A stretch of DNA of 64,000 bases from contig CAKZNC010000113.1 in assembly GCA_937129385.1 (NCBI GenBank), positions 5,360-69,359 of the forward strand, in the 5' to 3' direction. The translations under genes and the position numbers were made by a program. The notes under the pieces are model-generated. The model searched no databases, was not told the DNA's origin, and saw only the letters and a list, made by a program, of their open reading frames with translations. Below are positions 8,708 through 18,725 of the stretch, piece by piece; position 1 is the stretch's first letter; each line of letters starts with the position of its first letter. The DNA is from an uncultured Bacteroidota bacterium (lineage in GTDB: Bacteria; Bacteroidota; Bacteroidia; Bacteroidales; GCA-2748055).

Positions 8708-9490
8708 TTAAAATGCCTTCTTAAACAGATTCTTCGCATTGACAGTGGTCAGCTCCGCCACCTCCCCGGTCGTCATCCCGTACACCTCCGCAACCTTCTC
8801 CGCCACATTCCTTACATATGCACTTTCGTTGCGCTTCCCACGATAAGGCACAGGAGCCAGGAACGGGGCGTCAGTTTCAAGGAGCAATTTTTCCGGTGGA
8901 ATGAATTCCGCCACAATACGGTCAAGTCCGCTGTTCTTAAAAGTGACGATCCCGTTGATCCCCACGTAAAAACCGTAAGACAAAACCTTTTCCAGCTCCT
9001 TTGCACCGCCCGTAAAACTATGAAACACCCCGGTCAGCCCATCGTCTGCCTCCTTATCCATGATCGCAAAGATCTCCTCAAAGGATTCCCTGGCATGGAT
9101 CACGATGGGAAGACCATGTGCCCTTGCCAGTTTTATTTGTATGCTGAATGCTTCCTGCTGCTGTTGCAGAAAGGTTTTGTCCCAGTAGAGATCTATCCCG
9201 ATCTCCCCGACTGCTATATATATCTCCTGCTGAAGCTGTGCCTCCATAAACTCCAGCTCTTCACGAAACTGTTCGCCGACCGATGTAGGGTGCAGACCGA
9301 TCATCGGGAAACAGGTCCCCCTGTGCCTTTTGCACAGTTCCAACATTCCGCCGACAGAGCTGCTGTCGAGGTTGGGCAGGAACATACGCTCTACACCGGC
9401 CTCCTTTGCCCGGCTGATCACCTCGTCGATGTCCTTGTCAAAGGGGTCCAGGTACAAATGTGTATGCGTGTCTGTAAGATTGATTTTCAT
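8708..9490 (-). CDS. TatD-family metal-dependent hydrolase/DNase
   Basis: DTHTHLYLD N-terminal motif and HARES... motif. The track start at 9511 is TTG; the ATG at 9490 (MKINLTDTHTHL) fits the family N-terminus. Confidence 0.85.
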   Translation of the reverse strand: MKINLTDTHTHLYLDPFDKDIDEVISRAKEAGVERMFLPNLDSSSVGGMLELCKRHRGTCFPMIGLHPTSVGEQFREELEFMEAQLQQEIYIAVGEIGIDLYWDKTFLQQQQEAFSIQIKLARAHGLPIVIHARESFEEIFAIMDKEADDGLTGVFHSFTGGAKELEKVLSYGFYVGINGIVTFKNSGLDRIVAEFIPPEKLLLETDAPFLAPVPYRGKRNESAYVRNVAEKVAEVYGMTTGEVAELTTVNAKNLFKKAF

Positions 9491-9553
9491 TTGCAGGGCA
9501 AACTTACTCAATCTTCAGAGGCTAAAAAAGAGGCTGTATAACAGGGGGAATTG

Positions 9554-10933
<1,380 letters not shown>

Positions 10934-10985
10934 CTACATCTTTTGATATGTCAAATATCATGTTTTGATTATGTCATTGAACATA

Positions 10986-11027
10986 GAGTTAAGAGTTAAG
11001 AGTTAAGAGTTAAGAGTGGAGAGCCGA
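10986..11027. repeat. Heptanucleotide tandem array (GAGTTAA)x4 plus 2 degenerate units
   Basis: Read directly: gagttaa x4, then gagtgga and gagccga. Further degenerate copies (ttaagagttgg, gagccgg) extend to about 11070. Confidence 0.95.
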
Positions 11028-11313
11028 CGAGAGGAGGCGTATCGGGATTAAGAGTTGGTTGGGAGCCGGGAGATGGGCAGCAGCAATTTGAAGCGGAAAG
11101 CTTGCGATAGCTGCGGAATTCATTCGGCAGACAGTAAAATAATTCAAATAGTAACAGTATACATGGCAAAATATGATGGTTCTGCCTTCGCTGAATCTAC
11201 ATCTGAAAAAGCTATGGGTTGTACGAAATGCATTGTGCGTGGGGCTTCAAAAATGCTGTATCCCCATCGAAATAGTCTGCGTTCCCAGCGGTTCACCGGC
11301 ATTGTGCAATGAT

Positions 11314-12435
11314 TTACCCCCGAGGTTTCACCGCTGCGGTATACAAATTGCCTGGCATCACCCTCACCCAGTCTTTCAATTCCATCTGAAGCAGGATTCC
11401 TGAAAGCTGCGGTACAGGGATGCCGGTACGGACCCCCAGGATCTCCTTTCCAAGCCCCGGCGCTTTCTCAAGTTCGTCAAGGATAGCTGTCTCCTGGACA
11501 GTCAGTGGGGCCGTGAGGACCTGCACCGTCTCCCGGCCATCTCCTTCAGCCTCCCACCTAAGCATCTTTTCAATATCCGTGGCGCAGGTGACCAGTGCGG
11601 CGATGTTGTCACGAACCAACGCATTGCATCCGGCCGACCATTGATCGGTGGTTCTCCCGGGAATGGCAAATACATCCCGGTGATAGGACGAAGCGAGTTC
11701 CGCGGTGATCAATGCGCCTCCCTTGTGGGCCGACTCCACCACCAGGGTGGCATCCGCGAGTCCGGCAATGATCCTGTTCCTTCGGAGAAAATTATTCCTC
11801 TCCGGCTTCACCGCGCTGTGAAAATCAGTAAGCAAGGCCCCCTGTCGCATGATACGCGATGCCGCCTCGGCGTGTGCTGCGGGGTAAATGGTGCGCAATC
11901 CGTGCGCCAGGACGGAAAAGGTCTGTAGTCCGGCCTCCAGCGCCGACCTGTGGGCCGTGATGTCAATCCCGTATGCCAGTCCGCTGATCACCACCAGCCC
12001 GGGATGATTCCGGGCCAGCTCCTGCACGATCTGTGCTGTGGTCTCCCTTCCATACCTCGTGGCATTGCGCGTTCCGACGATGCTCAGGTATTTTGACCGG
12101 TTGAAATCCGGACTCCCCCGGTAGAACAGCAGCAGCGGTCCGTCGTCACAGTCCCTCAGCCGCTGCGGATAGGATTTGTCCATATACCAGGCAGCAGAGA
12201 TCCGGCTCTTCTCCATCGCCTCCACCTCCCTGGAAGCCTCGCTGATAAAATCTTTGGATCTCACCTGTCCCGACAGGAATTCCCCGACACCCGGGATGTT
12301 GCGCAGATGCGCCGGTTTCTCCCTGAACACCTCTTCCGGGGACCCGAGGTATTCGATCAGTCTCTTAGCCGTGATCGCCCCGATCCTCGGGATCATGGTC
12401 AGGGCAACCTGGTAAACGCGCGATTCTGAATTCAT
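11314..12435 (-). CDS. dprA: DNA-processing protein DprA (Smf)
   Basis: 373 aa with a Rossmann-like DprA core (VISGLAYGIDITAHRSAL...GGALITAELA). Confidence 0.9.
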   Translation of the reverse strand: MNSESRVYQVALTMIPRIGAITAKRLIEYLGSPEEVFREKPAHLRNIPGVGEFLSGQVRSKDFISEASREVEAMEKSRISAAWYMDKSYPQRLRDCDDGPLLLFYRGSPDFNRSKYLSIVGTRNATRYGRETTAQIVQELARNHPGLVVISGLAYGIDITAHRSALEAGLQTFSVLAHGLRTIYPAAHAEAASRIMRQGALLTDFHSAVKPERNNFLRRNRIIAGLADATLVVESAHKGGALITAELASSYHRDVFAIPGRTTDQWSAGCNALVRDNIAALVTCATDIEKMLRWEAEGDGRETVQVLTAPLTVQETAILDELEKAPGLGKEILGVRTGIPVPQLSGILLQMELKDWVRVMPGNLYTAAVKPRG

Positions 12436-12496
12436 TTAATTGGCATGACAATTTTCTGAACTGAAAACCGGATGCCGGGCTGGATCAATGGTACGG

Positions 12497-12551
12497 AACA
12501 TTCCGGGCACAGCCCTGGATCACTGACACGTAACACTCCGGGCACAGCCCT
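12497..12551. repeat. Imperfect 20-nt direct repeat (AACAYTCCGGGCACAGCCCT x2)
   Basis: Copies at 12497-12516 and 12532-12551 are 19/20 identical and 35 nt apart start to start. They lie in the intergenic gap upstream of dprA. Confidence 0.85.
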
Positions 12552-12627
12552 TTACCGGTCTACATGTTAATGTGCCGAATGTTGAAAATATCGGTGAAGA
12601 AAGCTGAAAATCGCTCGAATTGTATAC

Positions 12628-13110
12628 CTATTTTTCCCTGCTGTACCTGGTCAATGCAGCCTTGAGCTTCTTCCTGTCGGCCGGGTCTACGGCAGACAGA
12701 TTAATAGGTTTGTAGCGGGCCACCTTCTTGCGGTAGTTCTGGAAGAGCACCAGTCGCTCCTCGCGACCCAGGAAGTATTTTTCAATCTCAAATCTGACGA
12801 ACTGCTGCTTCGGGATCTGTACCGAACTCTTGCTGCTGTTGAACAAACCCACCGGGTAATAGCGGAACACCAGCACCTCGTTGACATCGTCGAAGTAGAA
12901 ATAATAGGGATTGCGGAACATGCCGATCAGGCTGATGACAATGAAGACCACGGCGATGGCGATGATGACATGGTATTTGCTGATGGGTGACTCCGGGCTG
13001 TCAAATACGTTGAGGAACATCACAGCCACGATGGAGGCGGTGAAAATGATGGTAAATACCATCTTCCGGAGCCAGATCCGGTAAATATTTCTCTTGTTGT
13101 CGATGATCAT
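12628..13110 (-). CDS. Hypothetical membrane protein
   Basis: 160 aa. Two N-terminal TM segments and a soluble C-terminal half. No motif recognised. Confidence 0.55.
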   Translation of the reverse strand: MIIDNKRNIYRIWLRKMVFTIIFTASIVAVMFLNVFDSPESPISKYHVIIAIAVVFIVISLIGMFRNPYYFYFDDVNEVLVFRYYPVGLFNSSKSSVQIPKQQFVRFEIEKYFLGREERLVLFQNYRKKVARYKPINLSAVDPADRKKLKAALTRYSREK

Positions 13111-13146
13111 AGACGGGAATTTTCTCCCGTCAAAGGTACGAAATTC

Positions 13147-14310
13147 CTAGTTCCTGCGACGATTCCGTTCTTTTTTCAGCAACATCAGCTCCCTGCTGGT
13201 CTGACCCTTGACAGAGGTGTTCTCTTCGGCCCGCCGCATGAGGTAGGGAAGGACGAATTTAACCGGACCGTAGGGGACGTACTTGGCGACGTTGAAACCC
13301 GCTTTGGCCAGGTTGAAACTGATGTGGTCACTCATCCCATAAAGCTGTGAGAACCAACAACGGTTGTCATCCCTTGCGATCTTCAGCTCATCCATCAGTT
13401 CGGCCATATAGCGGCTGCTCTCTTCGTTATGTGTGCCGTTGAATACCGCGAAATCCCCGATGTTCTCCAGGGTGTATTTCAGTGCCAGGTCGTAGTCGCG
13501 GTCGGTGGCCGCCTTGTCGGGCTGAATGGGATCCTCGTACCCCATCTCTTCAGCGCGCTCACGCTCCTTCTCCATGTATGCCCCGCGCACAAATTTTGCG
13601 CCCATGAAGAAGTGATTTTTCTTTGCAGTGGCATGGTCTTTTTTCAGCCTTTCCAGCCGGTCGTGCCGGTACATCTGGTAGGTATTGAAGACGATCGGCT
13701 TCTCCTTGTTGTACAGTGCCATCATCTCCATCACTACGGTATCGATGATCTCCTGGTACCACGAATCCTCAGCATCGATCATGATCGGGATCCCGTAACC
13801 ATGGGCCCGCTCACACAGACGGTTCACCCGCTCCCTGAATTTGTCACCCTCACGCAGACTCTCCTCGTCGGGTGTTTCAGAAGTACTGAGTACTTCAAGG
13901 GCCTTGCTCTTTGCAAAGGCTGTGGGCTTGAAGACGGTAAACGGAATATGGTCGTTCCCGGCTGCATAATCAATCACCCTCAGGGTCTCCTCCAGTGCCT
14001 GCTCGATCACCTTTTCCTCTTCGGATCCCTCCACCGAATAGTCCAGGATTGAATAAACATCACCCTCTTTCAGCTTGTCGATGACGGGTGCACACTCTTC
14101 AATGGTCTCCCCTCCGCAGAATTGTGCGTAGACGGTTGGTTTTACGATCCAGTTGATGGGGAACCTGATCGCCGATGCGAACCTGATCATCGGGTTGGCG
14201 ATCTTCACCAGCCAGGGATAGGAGATCATCTTATACATGAAAAAGGCCCGCCGGATGTCCCGGTCGGACTTTATGGAAAAAGCAGTCCTGGTATCTTTAA
14301 AATCTAACAT
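13147..14310 (-). CDS. Proline dehydrogenase family protein
   Basis: 387 aa, the length and composition typical of monofunctional Bacteroidota PutA-like proline dehydrogenase (IMIDAEDSWYQ, KFVRGAYMEKER). Confidence 0.8.
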   Translation of the reverse strand: MLDFKDTRTAFSIKSDRDIRRAFFMYKMISYPWLVKIANPMIRFASAIRFPINWIVKPTVYAQFCGGETIEECAPVIDKLKEGDVYSILDYSVEGSEEEKVIEQALEETLRVIDYAAGNDHIPFTVFKPTAFAKSKALEVLSTSETPDEESLREGDKFRERVNRLCERAHGYGIPIMIDAEDSWYQEIIDTVVMEMMALYNKEKPIVFNTYQMYRHDRLERLKKDHATAKKNHFFMGAKFVRGAYMEKERERAEEMGYEDPIQPDKAATDRDYDLALKYTLENIGDFAVFNGTHNEESSRYMAELMDELKIARDDNRCWFSQLYGMSDHISFNLAKAGFNVAKYVPYGPVKFVLPYLMRRAEENTSVKGQTSRELMLLKKERNRRRN

Positions 14311-14400
14311 TGCAATGGGGTTTCTTTTCGCGGATGCAATTTAATATCTTCTTGTCATACCCTAAACAGGTTTTAAAACATTTCGGGAACGGTTTTTTAC

Positions 14401-14408
14401 TATTTTTG
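14401..14408 (+). promoter_or_regulatory. Candidate -7 promoter box (TATTTTTG) for aroA
   Basis: Matches TAnnTTTG and ends 5 nt before the aroA ATG at 14413. Confidence 0.3.
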
Positions 14409-14412
14409 AAGG

Positions 14413-15648
14413 ATGATATACAAGGTGACACGACCCGGGAAGGTTTTGCATACGAATGTAAAACTGCCTGCCTCAAAAAGCATCTCAAACAGGCTTTTGA
14501 TCATCAACGCGCTGTCGGGGAACACGGAGTTGCCGGAGAATCTATCCGACAGTGACGACACGCGTGTGATGATTGAGGCACTTAACGGAACCAGGTCATT
14601 AAAGGATGTGGGACATGCCGGCACCTCCATGCGGTTCCTCACTGCCTATTTCAGTGCCAGGGCGGGATCAGTGCAGCTCACCGGCTCCGACCGTATGAAA
14701 CAGCGACCTGTCGGCCCCCTGGTTGAGGCGCTGCGTCAGTTGGGTGCAGAGATCAGGTATGGATCAAACGACGGGTATCCACCGCTGCATATAACCGGGA
14801 AGCCCCTTCCTGGTGGCGAAATCACCGTGGAATCCGGAATCAGCAGTCAGTTTATCAGCGCCCTGCTTATGATCGCCCCCACCATGAAAAAAGGACTGGT
14901 CATGCACCTCGCCGGAGAGATGGTTTCCGCTTCCTATATCAGGATGACCCTGGAGTTGATGCAGCAGTGGGGTGCAGGGACCGACTGGACAGGGAGCACC
15001 ATCACTGTTCAGCCAACCGGCTACAGCGGGGGAACGAGTGTGGTTGAATCTGACTGGAGCGGGGCCTCCTACTGGTATGCCATGACCCTGCTGCAGGACT
15101 ATGCCCGTGTCACCCTTTCCTATCTCGGGAAGGAGAGTCTGCAGGGCGACCAGGTGCTGACAGATATTTTTCATTCCCTGGGGGTGGTAAGTGAATTTGA
15201 CGATGGAAAAGTGACACTCTCCAGGCTGGCAAAGATTCACCCCGGCATGTTCAGCTTTGATTTCACCAATGCGCCGGATATCGTGCAATCAATGGCAGTT
15301 GTACTTTGTATGGCCGCCGTTCCGTTCCGGTTTACCGGTACAAGAACCCTGCGGATCAAGGAGACTGACAGGATCCATGCATTGCAGACAGAGCTGAAGA
15401 AACTTGGTTTTATCCTGGAGACCGATGATGAAGGAAGCTTTCTCGAATGGAACAAACAGCGCTGTGCCCCGGAGCCGGAACCGGTCATTGAAACCTACCA
15501 CGATCACCGGATGGCCATGGCTTTTGCCCCGACGGCGCTTGCGCTGGGAGAGATCCGGATCAAGGACCCCATGGTGGTGACCAAATCCTACCCTGGATTC
15601 TGGGAGAATCTACAAGGGGCGGGATTCAGACTGGAAAACCAGTCCTGA
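14413..15648 (+). CDS. aroA: 3-phosphoshikimate 1-carboxyvinyltransferase (EPSP synthase)
   Basis: 411 aa with LPASKSISNR, GHAGTSMRFL and DHRMAMAFA motifs. Confidence 0.93.
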   Translation: MIYKVTRPGKVLHTNVKLPASKSISNRLLIINALSGNTELPENLSDSDDTRVMIEALNGTRSLKDVGHAGTSMRFLTAYFSARAGSVQLTGSDRMKQRPVGPLVEALRQLGAEIRYGSNDGYPPLHITGKPLPGGEITVESGISSQFISALLMIAPTMKKGLVMHLAGEMVSASYIRMTLELMQQWGAGTDWTGSTITVQPTGYSGGTSVVESDWSGASYWYAMTLLQDYARVTLSYLGKESLQGDQVLTDIFHSLGVVSEFDDGKVTLSRLAKIHPGMFSFDFTNAPDIVQSMAVVLCMAAVPFRFTGTRTLRIKETDRIHALQTELKKLGFILETDDEGSFLEWNKQRCAPEPEPVIETYHDHRMAMAFAPTALALGEIRIKDPMVVTKSYPGFWENLQGAGFRLENQS

Positions 15649-15767
15649 GCAGAGTGAGGAACATTGCAGGCAGGATCTTTGGTGTCTTCAAACGCAACAA
15701 GGGACCTTGCCGGTGAATCGGCATTTAGCATTCATTTCAGAATAAGCGGGATTCAGACAATAAAGTG

Positions 15768-15819
15768 TTGATTTTATCAAAACAATCAGAACTTACAGCA
15801 ACTTTTTTGTTAAAATCAA
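15768..15819. promoter_or_regulatory. 15-bp AT-rich inverted repeat upstream of the LVIVD/DUF4114 gene
   Basis: TTGATTTTATCAAAA (15768-15782) and TTTTGTTAAAATCAA (15805-15819) are complementary with one mismatch. Located about 90-135 nt upstream of the ATG at 15905. Confidence 0.4.
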
Positions 15820-15904
15820 GTATACAGATATGGATGCCAGAGAAGAACTCAATTCAATACAATTGAGGGCAGACGATAGAAGACAAACAATTAAATGACA
15901 AGAC

Positions 15905-17791
15905 ATGAAAAATGTAGTGATCAGATTCCTTATACCGGTTATCCTGTTTTCAGTGAGCAGTTGCGAGAAAGACACCCTGCCTCCGGAACATGGCGATGAT
16001 TATATTGAAAAAGGCAATTTGCTGATCAATAACAATCCCGAACTTCTAAATGCGAGAATTACATACAGGAATGAAACTGTGCCTGTGGTGGACAGAGGAA
16101 CTTCTACGCTGCGGAAGCGTACCGCTGAGTTTCCACCGGTAGACCTGACAAAAAACTATGCGTTTAAATTGAAGGCCGAAGTTGATCCTCCTGTATATGC
16201 AGACAATACGCTTCAGGCCACGCATGTAACAATCAAAGATGATTATGCGTTTGTAACCTACAATACACGCGGACCAAAATGGCTGGGTGGTATTGAAGTT
16301 TTTGATGTTTCCGATTTGAAGAATCCGGTGATTGTATCCAGCGCCATTCTGAAAAATTCAGATGTGAGCGCTGTCGACTATGCCGATGGGAAATTATATG
16401 TGGTTGGAGCCACGGGGGACTATGTGGAAATGGGGTTTGAATCGCCGGCTTTTATGGGTGTGATATCACTGGATGGATCAATGGCATTTGACCAGGTGGA
16501 TACGATCATAGATATTTCGTCCTTTGCCGGCACCGATATAAAGATGGCTGCCGGAAAGATTTTTACAACCAGCGGTTCCGGAGGTGACCTGACGATTTTT
16601 AACTCTGCATATGCAATAACGGGGATGGAGGCGATCGCGGATGCCCGTTCAGTTGATGCCAATTCAAATCACCTGTATGTGCTACAGGGTCAGGAAGGAA
16701 GGATAAATGTGTTCGATCTGCAGGATGCAGTTTTATCTGAGTCCTATGATGTCGGGGGCGCAACCATCCCGGAATCCAAGTCTGAAATTGCTGTTTCAGA
16801 CAACTATATATTCGCGGCACTGAATGAGGGTGGGTTATCAATGCTAAATCTTGATGGGTCACTGAAACAAAGTCTGCCAAAGCCGTCCACACCTCCAGGG
16901 GCCCTGGATGAAAACCATGTGACCAACAGTGTTTCTCTGAACGGGGACCTGGTGTTGATCGGAAACGGCGAATCCGGCATCTATGTGGGCGGACTGATTG
17001 AAGAGAAGAATGACAGTTTATGGATGTTGGGTGCCATGGAGTTTGGCGAATCCCAATCAGCAAATTTCGTTGAATCCAAAGACAGCGTGCTTTTTGTGGC
17101 GACGGGTCTTGGTGGCCTGAAAATACTTGCCATAAGTATCGACGAAGGGGTGCCAGACGATGTGGAGCCTACCGAGCCCTGTGAAACATTGATGACAAAA
17201 ATTTCTGAGATGTTTCCCGAGAGTGTGGATGTGCGAGGTATTCATGATGACCTGTTCAGTGATACAGCACATCTGAATATCCTTGTTACAGAAGAAACAC
17301 CTGTGTACATTTCATTTATCGATGAAGGTGCCGGCTGGAGAAATACCTTCGGGTACTATACCTATTCTGCAGACAATCCGCCACAAAGCATCGAAGACAT
17401 TGAAAAACATATTGTTTTCCCCAACGTATCAAAGATCGGCGAAGGGGGAGGTCTTGATTTTGGTGACCGGGTACAACTGGGCGAAGGCAGCTTTCCCGCA
17501 GGAACGGTTATCGGCTTTTACCTGGTGGCGCAGGGGTGGAAAAACGGCCTCACGGTTGAGGGTGTCTATACACATTATACAGACAGGGTTTTTAACTTGG
17601 AACAGGCACAGCAATCCACACTCTTTTTAAGCAGTGATTGTGATGACATTGTACTGACCTTTGAAGACATAAAAGTGAACAGTGGTAGCTGCGATCATGA
17701 TTTTAATGATATCATTCTTACAGTCAAAGATTCCAGGGACATGGGGATGCCAAACACCAGGCTGGATATATCGGGGTTGCCCAGGAAATGA
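15905..17791 (+). CDS. Lipoprotein with LVIVD-type beta-propeller repeats and a C-terminal DUF4114 domain
   Basis: 628 aa. Lipobox (LFSVSSC), repeats such as GGIEVFDVSDLKNPVIV and KLYVVGATGD, and a C-terminal GSCDHDFNDIILTV motif characteristic of DUF4114. Confidence 0.7.
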   Translation: MKNVVIRFLIPVILFSVSSCEKDTLPPEHGDDYIEKGNLLINNNPELLNARITYRNETVPVVDRGTSTLRKRTAEFPPVDLTKNYAFKLKAEVDPPVYADNTLQATHVTIKDDYAFVTYNTRGPKWLGGIEVFDVSDLKNPVIVSSAILKNSDVSAVDYADGKLYVVGATGDYVEMGFESPAFMGVISLDGSMAFDQVDTIIDISSFAGTDIKMAAGKIFTTSGSGGDLTIFNSAYAITGMEAIADARSVDANSNHLYVLQGQEGRINVFDLQDAVLSESYDVGGATIPESKSEIAVSDNYIFAALNEGGLSMLNLDGSLKQSLPKPSTPPGALDENHVTNSVSLNGDLVLIGNGESGIYVGGLIEEKNDSLWMLGAMEFGESQSANFVESKDSVLFVATGLGGLKILAISIDEGVPDDVEPTEPCETLMTKISEMFPESVDVRGIHDDLFSDTAHLNILVTEETPVYISFIDEGAGWRNTFGYYTYSADNPPQSIEDIEKHIVFPNVSKIGEGGGLDFGDRVQLGEGSFPAGTVIGFYLVAQGWKNGLTVEGVYTHYTDRVFNLEQAQQSTLFLSSDCDDIVLTFEDIKVNSGSCDHDFNDIILTVKDSRDMGMPNTRLDISGLPRK

Positions 17792-17812
17792 TGATATGCA
17801 GTCCTGGATTGT

Positions 17813-18100
17813 TCAGAAAAGCTCATGCTGATATCCTTCCCTGCCTTCTGTTTCAAGCTTCAATAGTTTGCGCTTTGCAGCAATACCCCCGGCATACCCG
17901 GTTAGTTCACCTTTGCTTCCCACGATACGATGACAGGGGATGATGATCGAGATGGCATTGGCCCCGTTTGCGGCAGCAACTGCCCTGATTGCCATTTCAT
18001 TTCCCATTCTGCGTGACAACTCTTTGTAGCTGATGGTCTCCCCATAGGGAATCTTTTGAAGGTGCGTCCAAACCTTTTCCTGGAATTCAGATCCCACCAT
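17813..18100 (-). CDS. ogt: Methylated-DNA-protein-cysteine methyltransferase, C-terminal domain only
   Basis: 95 aa from the ATG (the track TTG is at 18103). Has SEFQEKVW, the helix-turn-helix region and an intact IIIPCHRIV active site. The N-terminal domain of canonical Ogt (about 70 aa) is absent. Confidence 0.8.
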   Translation of the reverse strand: MVGSEFQEKVWTHLQKIPYGETISYKELSRRMGNEMAIRAVAAANGANAISIIIPCHRIVGSKGELTGYAGGIAAKRKLLKLETEGREGYQHELF

Positions 18101-18203
18101 CAACAGCGGGAGGTCGAAAGTGGTAAGCTCCTGCCTGGCCCTTCAGTGCCGTTATACCGACACATTGATGGTGACATGCCTGTTCGAGGGTGGTCCGGCG
18201 GAC

Positions 18204-18653
18204 TCATACCCGCTTCATCCTGAAAAACTCCTTCAGCAGTTTCCCGCATTCCTCCTCGAGGATCCCGAAGCTGATCTTTGTCCTGGGATGCAGGACAGGC
18301 GATTCCACCAGGTGGTACCCGGCCTTCTCATCTGACGCCCCGAATGCCAGTCTGCCCAGCTGCGCCCATTTTAACGCCGAACCGCACATCAGGCAGGGTT
18401 CCAGGGTGACATAGAGGGAGCATTCATCCAGGTACTTGGATCCGAGAAAATTGGACGCACTGGTAAGGGCGATCATCTCCGCATGGGCCGTCACATCCCC
18501 GAGCTGTTCGGTCATGTTGAACCCCCGGGCAATGATCCGCTGGTTGGAGACCACGATTGCACCCACGGGGACCTCATCCTGTTCGAAGGCTTTGCGGGCC
18601 TCCTTCAAAGCCTCATTCATAAAATATTCATCAGAGAAGATGGGATATGTCAT
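18204..18653 (-). CDS. tadA: tRNA adenosine(34) deaminase
   Basis: Motifs HAEMIAL and PCLMCGSAL. The track start at 18740 would run across the aspS promoter and start. The ATG at 18653 (MTYPIFSDEYFMNEAL) gives 149 aa. Confidence 0.88.
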   Translation of the reverse strand: MTYPIFSDEYFMNEALKEARKAFEQDEVPVGAIVVSNQRIIARGFNMTEQLGDVTAHAEMIALTSASNFLGSKYLDECSLYVTLEPCLMCGSALKWAQLGRLAFGASDEKAGYHLVESPVLHPRTKISFGILEEECGKLLKEFFRMKRV

Positions 18654-18725
18654 AGTACCTCGATAATTCTTTATATTTTCGCAAAATAGTAATTTAAGTG
18701 ATTGACCGAATAAAAGATACCTGAA

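Noticed and set aside
11055-11312. An 85-aa plus-strand ORF in the dprA-gdhA gap.
   Set aside because: It has a non-ATG track start, no motif and no coding-like composition, and it begins inside the degenerate heptamer region. I treated it as non-coding.
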